A program made the translations under genes and the position numbers. From Iphione sp. A-MEVVRFRX5 (lineage: Eukaryota), in contig OZ320318.1 in the NCBI GenBank assembly GCA_976226885.1, positions 27,404,001-27,468,000 on the forward strand: a stretch of DNA of 64,000 nt, written 5' to 3'. The notes under the pieces were generated by a model. It worked only from the letters and a program-made list of their open reading frames with translations, was not told the DNA's origin and did no database searches. This document shows positions 26,806-37,658 of this stretch, piece after piece; position 1 is the first letter of the stretch; each line of letters starts with the position of its first letter.

Positions 26806-29382
26806 ATGACGAAGAGCCAGAAAGACAAATATCCCTGCCCACTCTGCAAGAAAGTCTGCGACCACAAGGACAATCTTTAAAGACACGTGCAGACCCACAG
26901 CTCTGAGGCCTTCGTGTGGGGGTGCGGAGGGGAGAAGTGCGATGGGAAGATCTTTATGCGCAAGGACGATCTGAGGCGGCACCTGGATTCGAAGACCCAC
27001 CTGGCCGAGGGGGGTGCGCAAAAACTTCTACCTCGAATGAAGGAAGAATATTACGAATTCTACAAAAAGCCGGGGTCCACCAACTTGCGAGGGCGGCTCC
27101 GTCGCCCCGAAGAGACCGAGGAGGAAACGGGAAGCGGGACGTCCGACTCGGCCAGACCTCGACACAGTAGCCGCCACAAAGACAAGAAGAGGAGCAGAGA
27201 GCGGGGTGAGGGGTCGCACGAACACCGGAAGTCACGCCGCCGGTACAGTACCCCCACTCCACCCAAGAAGAAGAAAGCCAGACTTCCCTCCTCGTCGGAC
27301 AGCAAGCCCTCCGCACCATCGCTGCCCACTCCGTCACTGGGACCTCCACGCCGGCCACCAACTTCCCCGCAGGCTTCCACCTCGACAGGGCGATGGGAGA
27401 GACCGGTTATCCTGACTTCATCGGAGGAGAGTGCCCCCGCCTCCCGGTCTCCCTCGGCGGCTCGGGTCCGAGTGCACAAGACGGCCACCCGACGGAAGAA
27501 GGAGGACGGACCTGAGAAGAGGCTGACGAGGTCTACCCCTGTCAAGACAGTTCCAACGGAGGAGACGACGATGAAAAGCCTAACACCCACCAAGAAGACG
27601 AAGGGGGCGAATGCGGAGGGGAGCGCTACCACCAAGGCATTGGCGACCAGCTCCTCTACGAAGAAGAGGAAGCTTGGGGAGGCGGAGGCAGCAGTCGACC
27701 CCCCCACACACCCTCGCGTCCGCCAGCTCGTCCACGAGGAGGGGGAGGGTGAGCCACCCACCTCCGCCTCCTCGCCCCAGGGGATGAGGGCCAAATTACA
27801 AGAGGCCATCAACCGCCTTGACGCCGCCGAGGCCTTGGACCCTCCCGTGACACCGACCGCCCTGGAGAAGCTTCTGTCTGCTGCGGGAGACCTGGAGGCA
27901 GCCATGCGAGCCACGGATCTCCGGCCCAGTCGGTCGGAGTCCAGCCCGGTCACCCCAGGGAAGGGCCTGGGGCTGACCCCCGCCAAGCCAGCCCTCCGCA
28001 CGCCAGAGTTACTGAAGGGGGGTCAGCGAACGGAGGCCCCCCCTGGTCGGCCGATCGTCGCCTGGGCCGGGCTCACCGCGGACAAGAGCGGAGGACTCCC
28101 TGACAAGGCCATGTCCCCGCTCCTCAAGACCCCCACTCATTGAAGGTCGGTACCGTCGCCACTCCTCCGCACCCCCACGATGCCTCCGACCCCAGATGAA
28201 CTGAGTGTTGCAATTCAGACGTTGGTCTCCTCTGCGCGTGAGGGGCCGAAGGCGCCACAAGCCGAGGTCGACCAAGCCGCCCAAGTCCTGGAGGATCTGT
28301 TTGGGGCTGTGGACATGGACACCCTCCTGGCCGCAGCAAACCCTCCGTCAGTGGCCCCACCCGCCACGATCCAAGAGACGGCTGGGGGAAACGCCGAGAA
28401 CGCCGAGCCGCCGGAGGCTGCGGAGGGGGGCGAGTCCTCCTTTGGCTCCCTCGTTGGTCATCCTATTCCTTCCAGCGAGGACGGGCCAACCCCTGAGAAA
28501 CCGTCTCAAGAACTGTGCTATACGGAGGGTGCGGAAGCGGAGGCAAACCCAGTGGTCGAACCCCTTACTCCAATTGGCCACGAAGAAGTGGAGAAGTCGA
28601 GGCGAATTGCGCGCCAGGTCCTGGATTGGGAGGCAAGGCGGCAACGCTCCTTGAGTCAGTCTGGCGCGCCTCTTGTATCGGCGGGAGGCGACGGGGTCGG
28701 AAGCGGGGAGGCCGAGCCCTCCCCCTGCAAGGCTGGGGGGCAAGCTGCCACAGCCCCTGGCTCTACCGAAGGGAAGGTGCCCCTCCAATTGGTGGAGGGT
28801 GATGAAAACGGGAGGGTCGGTGGCGGGCCCACCTCCCACGTCGGAAGGAAGGAGTCCCTCCAATCGGCGGAGGGTGACGAACACGGTAGGGACGGTGGTG
28901 AGACCGCCTCCCACGACGCGCTGCCCCCTCGTCAAGGCGAAGGAGGGGGGGGAACCTGCGGAGGCCGAGCCCTCCATCCACCAGGCTGGGCCGGGGAACG
29001 ATCGCCCAAACCCCTGGCCCCACCGGAAGGAAGGTGCCCCTCCAATCGGCGGAGGGTGATGAAAACGGGAGGGTCGGTGACGGGCCCACCTTCCACGTCG
29101 GAAGGAAGGACAATTCTGATATCGGTGGGCAAGAGCCGAGTGGCGCGGAGGCGAGGTCGAATGTGCGTAGTAATTGAGAGCCGCGTCCGCTTACAAAGAA
29201 GGGAGGAGGACGCCTCCCTGGAGGGAGAGACTGGGTTTCTCTTCTCTGACTGGTATAGAGGGGTGCGGCCAGTGCCCCTGGGCCTCCAGATTGATGAATT
29301 TGACATTCGTTTAGAGTTCCTTACTGCCGCTGATGTTGAATTTGAGGTTCATGAATGTTATAGTATCCTGGGTCAGGATTAA
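26806..29382 (+). pseudogene. Accessory ORF3: tandem C2H2 zinc-finger protein with basic NLS-like motifs, long S/T/P-rich disordered region, acidic segment and unknown C-terminal domain (two premature stops)
   Basis: MTKSQKDKYPCPLCKKVCDHKDNL*RHVQTH-SSEA-FVWGCGGEKCDGKIFMRKDDLRRHLDSKTH. The track ORFs 26887-28143 and 28180-29382 are in the same frame, separated by TGA at 28141; the other stop is TAA at 26878. Confidence 0.85.
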
Positions 29383-29398
29383 ACTAAGGAGGGGATAG
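29381..29398 (+). other. Polypurine tract
   Basis: aaactaaggaggggatag abuts the 3' LTR. Confidence 0.8.
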
Positions 29399-29620
29399 TA
29401 TAGCGACGGGGGGGAAAGCGGAGGGCCATTACGCGGAGGAGCGGAGGGTGCGGAGGGTGCGGAGGGAATACTGCGGAGGGTTATCATTTACTGCGGAGGG
29501 TTTACATTTACTATATAAATGCGTTGTTTGTTGGATTCGTGGTCAGTTGTGTCGAAGCTCTTCAGCAATAAACATCATCTTCCTCAACTTATGTCGTCTT
29601 CATTATGGCAGAGGCCAACA
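29399..29620 (+). repeat. 3' LTR (222 bp; first dinucleotide mutated TG>TA)
   Basis: Copy of 21510-21722 with one extra GCGGAGGGT unit. Confidence 0.97.
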
Positions 29621-31478
29621 ATATGCTTGGGGCAATTCACATGGACTGGATGGAAATTTTGTACATGTGGTTTCCACACATATACAGACAGTAATTCTGT
29701 GTAGGATAGTGTGTGATTATGTATCGTTTTCTCAGAATAAGGGCAACTGTGAAAGATACGTACATAATATTGATGCAAATATCTCAGAGAAAGGGCAGAT
29801 TCTGCATGTTACTTATGTGCATTTTGGATGAAAATATCTCCCAAAATAAAACATGAAATCACCTTGGCCATACATGGAACCTTTCCTTTATCTTCCGTTG
29901 TCTTTTAACACCACTTGCGTGCACTTCTTTGGAAATTCACGCTTCAAACGGCTCGGTCATCAAAGAGAGAACACTCGTCTAACATTCCTGATTACAGAAT
30001 CTGTATTACGGGCAGTGTGGACAACATTTACTACACTCAAGGGTTCACTTGGAGACTGACCTTTAGATTACTTACTAATTGTACAACTGGACTGCTACAA
30101 ACGTGATTGAAAGAGATAGATGTGAATACCAGACATTAGTATGGCACAGTCATTCCAACTGCCAACCAGGGCTTCGAGCCTCTCGGCCACTGATACTCAG
30201 TTGTGGAAAATGTTTTCAAAGGCACATATGAAGCCAACCATAATTTTAAGTTTGCACTTTACCCAAGTAACCTGGACAGTACCGTCTACGACATCACTAG
30301 ATAAACAGCTAGGGTACCAGGCCGCTTTTAATCCATCCCCCCCCCCCGTTGTCACCGCAGGGTTATCATGGACTCCCTACAACAAGTCATCCTATGCTAA
30401 ATAAGACCAACAACAACTGGTGGATTGCAGCTCTGGCGGAACACTCTGTAGACCTGTATGTTGTGAAAGTGACACTGGCTTCCTCTCTCCTTGCACAGCA
30501 TATGCTACAGTTGAAATTTTGTCAAAGACTAAACTGCGGAGGCAACCAAATCACAGGAGAGACCAATTTGGGCCAGAATGGACCAAATTCGACTACTTTT
30601 CCTATATGTAAAAGACTTGCAGTGGAGAGCGGCTCATAGGCGAGACCATTTTCAGGGAGAGACCAAGATATTTATTACCGAACAAAGACTTTTAGCTCAC
30701 AGAGGTGACCATACACACCCTGGGGAGGGTATCCATGGCTGAGAGAGGTGAATTCGGACCACATGGTGACAATGATTTCACATCGCCACGACTGCCATGG
30801 GCCCGTGGGGTGACAACCACAGAGCAGGTGGTATAAACCCGTCAAGTCACAGCATAAACCGCTGATTCGTGGTATAAACCAGTCGATTTTGAGTGTTGTA
30901 GCACGACAATGTGTGACTGCAGCACAGAAATCAGATATGAAAAGTGCACATCTGAGGCATCACACTTGACACCTTGGGTCACCTTGGGTCACACCTTGAC
31001 CCACCAACCCCTTGAACTTGGACACCTGAGACCCTCTTCTCGCACCTGTCTACCTGCTATTATCATTTGGGATCATTGGGGCATCATTTGGGATCCTGAA
31101 ATATAAGAGCTTCACAGGGGAGACCATCTCCCAGGAGAGACCAAAATCAGTCATGCAGTCCCAAGCTTGGTCTCCTACGTGAGGCTCTACTGAATATAAA
31201 GTGACTTTGCTTCACTCATTCTATCACAAAACCAATGGATAATACTGCTAAGGTATTTGATATGTTTACAACGTACAAAGAACATGGTCAAAACAGGGAG
31301 TGACTTCAATTTTCCATCCATGTGTGAAAAAAGATGCATAATATGCCCCATGGCAAGTATGGAGGAGAAAAATGTTCTTACACCATATTCATGTAAGAAC
31401 ATAACTCAAAGTTGGTAACATCTTAAAGCACATTTGTTTAAATCTAGCTTCTAACACTTGAGCCGCGATAAGTCCTTA

Positions 31479-31794
31479 GGCCTAGTGAAAAATTATCTGT
31501 GTTTCTGGTAACCCGACTGACCCAGATTTTTGTTCTAATGGAACATATATTTTATTATTGTTTTGTTAATATCTTCAGAATGAATAGAGCTGCAGACTCA
31601 TATATTATTTTGTGACTTATGTAATTAGCTTTCATATGATATCAGTTTCATTAGAGTCTAAGCATTAAAAGTAATATTGTCACATACATTTGTTGCTTTG
31701 AGTATGAATCAATATAGAAAAAAAGGGAAGAACTGACCATTGGACCCTATATTTTATAACATGTTACCAGAAACAGAGAAATTATCTTTAGGCC
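31479..31794. mobile_element. PIF/Harbinger-type MITE
   Basis: TTA TSD on both sides; TIRs GGCCTA...ATTATC/TCTGTTTCTGGTAAC; same family as 37659-37993. Confidence 0.75.
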
Positions 31795-33699
31795 TTAGTA
31801 GCAACTCTTCTTTCCATACTTTGGTCAGCCCATTAATTTCCAGGTGAGATAAGAAAGACATAAAATTATTGATTTCGTGAAAAGCAGTATGGATATCACG
31901 TGATCACTCACTTCAAAAGTTTATCATAGAAAATATACTGAAGTAAACACAAAACTCACTTTCAACTAGATTTTATTAGGAATTAGCTAGTAATAACGAC
32001 AGCATGACAAGGAATGTATAATAAACATACGTTAAATCCAATATTGCAGCATCCTATTTTAAGTATCCAAAAGATAATAGAATCCTGTGACCGTAAATAG
32101 TTTATTTTCATTTCTTGCACCCACGAGAATTTATAACCAATGAAACTAAAACCTTTGTATCAATCATAATAAAACAAAATCCAAAATGGCGGCCAATGCA
32201 AGCATGTTCGCTACATATCTAAACAAGAAGCCGCTTTTCTTGGTAAATTGATATGAAACAATCCATATGTCTTATTATAAATAGTCAGAACGGACTTTAA
32301 CCCTTAGACGGCGGCGGGGTAGTATCGCGTGTATCCACCATGCAGTGGTACTTGAGTAAAGACGTAATCCAATAGAGGGCGAGACATATACAGCATCATC
32401 GCCCATGATGCGTCCTCGTGGTGAATCAGGCTGGACTTTTTGTCTGTTTTAGGGATATTATGAAACTGACAATTACTAATCTAAATGGAATTATTATTCT
32501 AAGGGATATTACAAATTTATGGATGACTTTTCATAGGAATTACATTACTTTTTGTGCCATATCGGACTATCAATCACTGGATAGTTAAGCTGACACTGGA
32601 TTACGTAAGATGCTCATACTGGATATACAGAAAGTACACATGGAATTTAATTAATATATGACCAACAAATAACAGGAAAAATGTGAGTAATATTCAATTT
32701 CAATTTATTTTGTGTTTGTGGGCATCCAGATAGCAGTCAGTTTTACATTTTACTCCTGGACGATGTCTGCATAGTTCACATGAGTGTGGTAGGCGGTGAA
32801 GCAGCCAGGGAGGCAGAGGTGAGCCCCACAGTCGACACACCCATATTTTTTTCGACTCAATGATCTAGTTGGATCATATTTCCTCCTGGAATAACACACC
32901 TTACAATATGACCTCCTCCCCAAGTCTGAGGGCATACAACGATTTGTCAGTCTGCTTGCTTCAAGTGGTTGATTTTTTAGAGCCTTAGGGACAAATTTCC
33001 TCCTAATGAGATGGATATGAGAGATTCAGCACAACAACGGATGAAAAACTTGAGTGACTTCCTTTTTGGCTGCTGAGAGTTAAACATGATACATGCATTC
33101 ACCTTTATCACCTCAAACATATTCCACACAAATTTCAATGTCCACTTGTTGGTTCTCCTGCTGAATAAATAGTATTGCCTAAGCTGGTCACTCAGGTTGA
33201 CTCCTCCCATATATTTAGAATAATCGACAATACTCTGCGGGCAGGGAATTTCAGTCTTCTCAAAGCGGCTGGTCTGCTTATTTTTCAATAGTCTGGATAC
33301 ACTAGTCATAATGGATTTGAGGATGGTTGATATTACACGTACAGGTTTCCTATCTTGCCAAACTGTAAGAATTATATCCCTGCATACCCTAAGTACATAC
33401 AATCCTCTATCTCTTCCAAGCATTTTTGTTTTTTTGCAAGCTAAATCAGCAGGTAGACCTCTGGCATTACGGCATATCGTTCCACCGCAGTAGACACATT
33501 TCAATAGAGTATTCCTGAATAGTTTCAATGAGGTATAATGATTATCAAAAAATAAATACAGGAGAATCTCACTTTGCGACCACCACTTGGGTCGGCCCAA
33601 AATGGTCGTAATTCTGAATATGGTCGCAAAGTGATTGTGGAGGGGTTTGGGCTTGAAATCATATCCCTTTCTCCCTCTCTCTTTATTAACATATGAAAC

Positions 33700-33823
33700 G
33701 TCCAAAAAGTGCTGAATTTGATGACTTTAGGTCCAAAAAGTGCTGAATTTGATGACTAAAAGTCCAAAAAGTGCTGAATTTGATGACTTTAAGTCCAAAA
33801 AGTGCTGAATTTGATGACTATAA
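33700..33823. repeat. 31-bp tandem repeat x4 inside the MITE
   Basis: gtccaaaaagtgctgaatttgatgact at 33700, 33731, 33762 and 33793. Confidence 0.95.
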
Positions 33824-33834
33824 GTGACTCAAAG

Positions 33835-34310
33835 AGGTGAGAGACCATCAAAGACGTCGCAGTTGACGCCTGCGACCACTGCCGGCCAACCCCTCCAAGG
33901 TGTGAGGAACATCAGAGACGTCCCCGTTGACGCCCGCGACCACCCCGGCCAACCCCTCCAGGGTGAGAGACCATCAAAGTCGTCGAGGTTGACGCCCGCG
34001 ACCACTCTCGGGCTACCCCTCCAGGGCGAGAGACCATCAGAGACGTCCCCGTTGACGCCCGCGACATCCCGCGACCACTCTCGGGCTACCCCTCCAAGGT
34101 GCGAGGAACATCAGAGACGTCGAAATTGACGCCTCGACATCCCGCGACCACTCTCGGCCTCACCCCTCCAGGGTGAGAGACCATCAAAGTCGTCGAAGTT
34201 GACGCCCGCGACCACTCTCGGGCTACCCCTCCAGGGTGAGAGACCATCAGAGACGTCCCCGTTGACGCCCGCGACATCCCGCGACCACTCTCGGGCTACC
34301 CCTCCAAGGT
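33835..34310. repeat. ~63-73-bp GC-rich tandem repeat, about 7 copies, inside the MITE
   Basis: Unit gggtgagagaccatcaaagtcgtcgaggttgacgcccgcgaccactctcgggctacccctcca, with variants. Confidence 0.93.
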
Positions 34311-37300
34311 GATGGTCGCAAAGTGATATTAAAATGTACTAAAAACGACCCTAGGAGGTGTGGTTGGAGGCTGAATATGGTCGGAAAGCAATATGGTCAC
34401 AAAGTAAGACACTGTCATATAGAGAATGTACTAAAAATGATTCCGTTCTGACCCAAAATGGTCGCAATAGTCGATTTGGTCGCAAAGTGAGGAGGTCGCA
34501 AAGTGAGTTTCTCCTGTAATACCCTTGACCATCCATGTCTGCCGCAGCCAGAAGCTTGTCGACCACAAAGTCCCTCAATGACACATTGGCCCGATCTTCT
34601 TGTCCGTGGTATGGGAACAGTTGTAGGATGTACCATGTGGATAGAAAATATAATTTCCTGAGTATTGATAAGGTAAGAACATATGGTAGACACAGATATG
34701 AATATATGCCAGTTTGATAGCACCATTTCCAAAAATAAATATATTCTAATGAAAAATAATTTGTATTACCTGTTGCTGATTCGGCAAGGGCTCAGCACTT
34801 GATACTCCATTTACATGGCTTTTGGGGCATGTACTGCTTCAGGAAGACTTTTCCCTTGAAGGCGAACATGGATTCGTCAATGGATATATTTCTCAATGGT
34901 CTGTACACATATGGTGCAATCTTGTTGAATATTTCCACAACATAGTTGACCTTCCAAGTTGGAGAGTAGTCTTTGTCGCCACAGTCGGGTGTGTGCGTGC
35001 AGTCATAGAAGCATAGGTAGCTGGAAAGTAAAATACCAGAGAAATGGTTAGATACATTAATTTTTTGGTGAGAATTCATTATGAAAAAATAAATACAATT
35101 TTATCATAGATTATTTACAGATATACGAAATTGCTATGACTGTGACAACACAAGAAAATTATACATACCATAAAATCTGGCAAAACCAGTCTCGAACCAT
35201 CACCTTGGGGAAGAAAGGTGTAGCCAATGACTCTGCAGTCAACCAATAGTCCTTTAGTTCAGGTTTATCCAGCAATCCCATCAGGAATACTAGTCCAAAG
35301 AAGCCTTGTATTTTGTCCAGGGTTACCTTCCACCACTTCATTTTGTGCTCTTTGGGGTTGGCCTCCCAACTCTTCTCAGCATAAGCATTGGTATAGTCCA
35401 TGATGGTTGTGAGGAAAGACAGTGGTAGAAATAAACATAAATAATCAAAGAGTTTGCTAGACTTGTCTAACCCTGTATTATCTTGGACTCCTGGTGCTTT
35501 TCCAGTAAAATTGTGAATTTCTGGGCTTATTCCTGTATTCAAAGTCTTCCATCCATCGTCTCCACATAAAGCACTCAGTGGTTCATTGTCACTGTCTGAG
35601 CCACTCTCTTCACCATCTGAGTTGTCCGTTGAGGCTTCACCCTCTCCAATCCCTTGATCGAGCAGTTTCAACATAGATATAGGCAAAATTGTCCTCTCTC
35701 AAGTCTGAACCTGAGCTAAATTCGTCATCCATGCTTCAAAAATGGTATTTCTCCAAATAATGAATGAATGAATGCAGTGTAAATACACACAGGTGCGTGT
35801 GGTAGTCCAAGATGCTAAAATATGTCATATAGAAGATTTTACTTGGTTACTCCTAAAAACACACTCCTATGATTATAATTTAATGTCTGTTCTGCACGTC
35901 TGACCCCTTCCCATAAAATTAAAAATAATAGTTCACCTTGAAAATTGACACTGAATCATATAGGTTAAATATAATGCTTAAATGCAATACTCCCCGTCCC
36001 AACGGGAATGCACGGACGCACTACTCGCCGGGACCACGGGAATGCGTCAATGCACTAGCCAGCATCAGAGGGTTAAGAGTCAGCTTCCACATTTGCATAT
36101 TCGTGTCATATTTGCATTGTTACCAGTACATTGTTAACGTTGTGATTGTACCCACATCTGCATTGCTTTAATACATTTGCATTTGCGTTATTTGTTTTTA
36201 TGACAGTGCTCATAAATTTTATGCAAATATATGAGGAGGATACAGCAGAGCAAGCTAGAATATATGTGAAAATACGTTAGATCACGCAAAAAATCTATCT
36301 AGTTTGCATATCATTCGAATAAATACCATACAGTTGGACAAATGTCAGATATTTTCAGGGAAAAACAAATATTTGGCATAACTTCAGGAAATTCACAGGA
36401 AAAAAACTACACAGTTAGTACAAATTTCAGACATTTATGGGAAAAACTGCACATTTAGCACAAATTTTTAACATTTGTAGGACAGACTGCACATTGGCAC
36501 AATTTCAGGATGGTCCACATCATGCATACATGTGGAAAACAGCAGGAAATGGTAGGAAATGCAACACATTCATGCAAGCAAAAGGACACCTTCTGCATGG
36601 GCATGTCTTATTCCTTTCACAACAGGTATTTTTGCACAATGCAAATGCAGGCAAAATGCGGAAAAGCAAATATGGAAACTGGACTAAAGTCTATATGCTC
36701 TATAGTTTGGTAGTTAAATCACTTAGAGCCTTAACCTGCAGGCTCAGCTGTTATGATGAAACTACAACACAAAATGTAACAATCTACACTTTATGCCTTC
36801 CATGGATTTTATCCTACCTTAATTCAATCAGTATTTTTCAGATTATAACCACATCTCTCATTCTCATACTCTTCATGCTTTTTAGTATAAATGCAACTAC
36901 TAATACCATTTCAATGAGACATGTTATCAGAAAGGTGAAGTGTAAGTGAAGTTATATCGTAAAACAACTGAGTCATGTAAAGTTTGCTCTTAGTGACTGT
37001 GTAAGGTGACAGGTAATGACAACTATCAGCGAAATACCATAGAACCATACCATACCATAGAAAAACATCTGTACTCTATTTATTGGATATTCAAATCATC
37101 CAACTGATTGCAAATAATATTTATGAACTTTTTAAATATCATTGAAGTCATTGAAATTATATTCATGAAGTGATCTTATTAAAGCTTCGATATAATTCAA
37201 GATTAATAAAATTGGCCAATGAAGACAATGTTCCCCCTCCTCATGACGTATAGAGTTGCAGTGGAAAGACACTTTAGGGACACATCCCTAATAGTGGACC

Positions 37301-37658
37301 GCTAAGAAACTTGTGGTACTGGATCTCTGTCTGCCACAGGCAAATACATTGTGGGAGATTAACCAGATGGAGTATGGGTCCTACCCTAAGCCTGCACAAA
37401 CCCCAAACCAGCAAATCAAAGAATTGTTTCTAGTATAGGAGTGTGTCTAAATGGAATGGATTACCTGCTTCTTTGAGAGCCGAATCGTGCCTCAGTAAGT
37501 TTAGGAAGAAACTGCACAAATTGTAACAACCACTAGTCCAAAATGTCCGGTGCATCTCTCCTGTATACCTGTAACCACTCCCATATGATGAACCTAAATA
37601 CACAATGTACTCACTTTCACTGATAATCTCTATATATTACTTCAGAGTTGAATTTTTA

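Larger units (their letters stand above)
21510..29620 (+). mobile_element. Full-length Ty3/Gypsy LTR retrotransposon (inactivated) with an accessory zinc-finger ORF
   Basis: Two near-identical LTRs, 4-bp TSD ATAT (21506-21509 and 29621-29624), PBS, PPT, gag with zinc knuckle, and pol in PR-RT-RH-INT order. Confidence 0.98.
33559..34516. mobile_element. Tc1/mariner(pogo)-type non-autonomous element nested in the piggyBac
   Basis: TA|CAGGAGAATCTCACTTTGCGACC ... GGTCGCAAAGTGAGTTTCTCCTG|TA. Removing it and one TA restores the transposase reading QGYYLFFDNHYTS. Confidence 0.92.
32750..35732 (-). pseudogene. piggyBac transposase (PGBD4-like) with two introns, frameshifts, a stop and a MITE insertion
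   Basis: Motifs SIDES, QYMPQKPCKW, FDNHYTS, WQDRKPV and MGGVNLSDQ, plus a C-terminal cysteine-rich domain CKVC...CVDCGAHLCLPGCFTAYH. AATAAA follows the stop (32704-32709 on the minus strand). Confidence 0.93.
32301..36072 (-). mobile_element. Decayed piggyBac DNA transposon
   Basis: TTAA|CCCT at 32297-32304 and AGGG|TTAA at 36069-36076 flank a PGBD-like transposase. The TIRs match only loosely (about 9/14), so the ends are less certain than the transposase. Confidence 0.75.

Noticed and set aside
22506-28143. In-frame TGAs as programmed readthrough or selenocysteine
   Set aside because: They are scattered, accompanied by TAG/TAA stops, a frameshift and catalytic missense changes, and they fit CGA>TGA decay.
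21686-29306. Many long antisense and alternate-frame ORFs across the Gypsy element (e.g. 27060-28001, 28348-28977, 24065-24601)
   Set aside because: Shadow ORFs expected in GC-rich coding sequence; no motifs.
26806-29382. ORF3 as retroviral env
   Set aside because: No signal peptide, fusion-protein cysteine pattern or transmembrane anchor; it has zinc fingers and NLS-like motifs instead.
30619-31172. Another pogo-like MITE (ggagagacc-rich ends)
   Set aside because: The terminal match is loose and there is no TA duplication, so boundaries cannot be defined.
33700-34310. Regularly spaced repeats as a CRISPR-like array
   Set aside because: The units are contiguous with no unique spacers, sit inside a TA-flanked MITE in eukaryotic DNA, and there are no cas genes.
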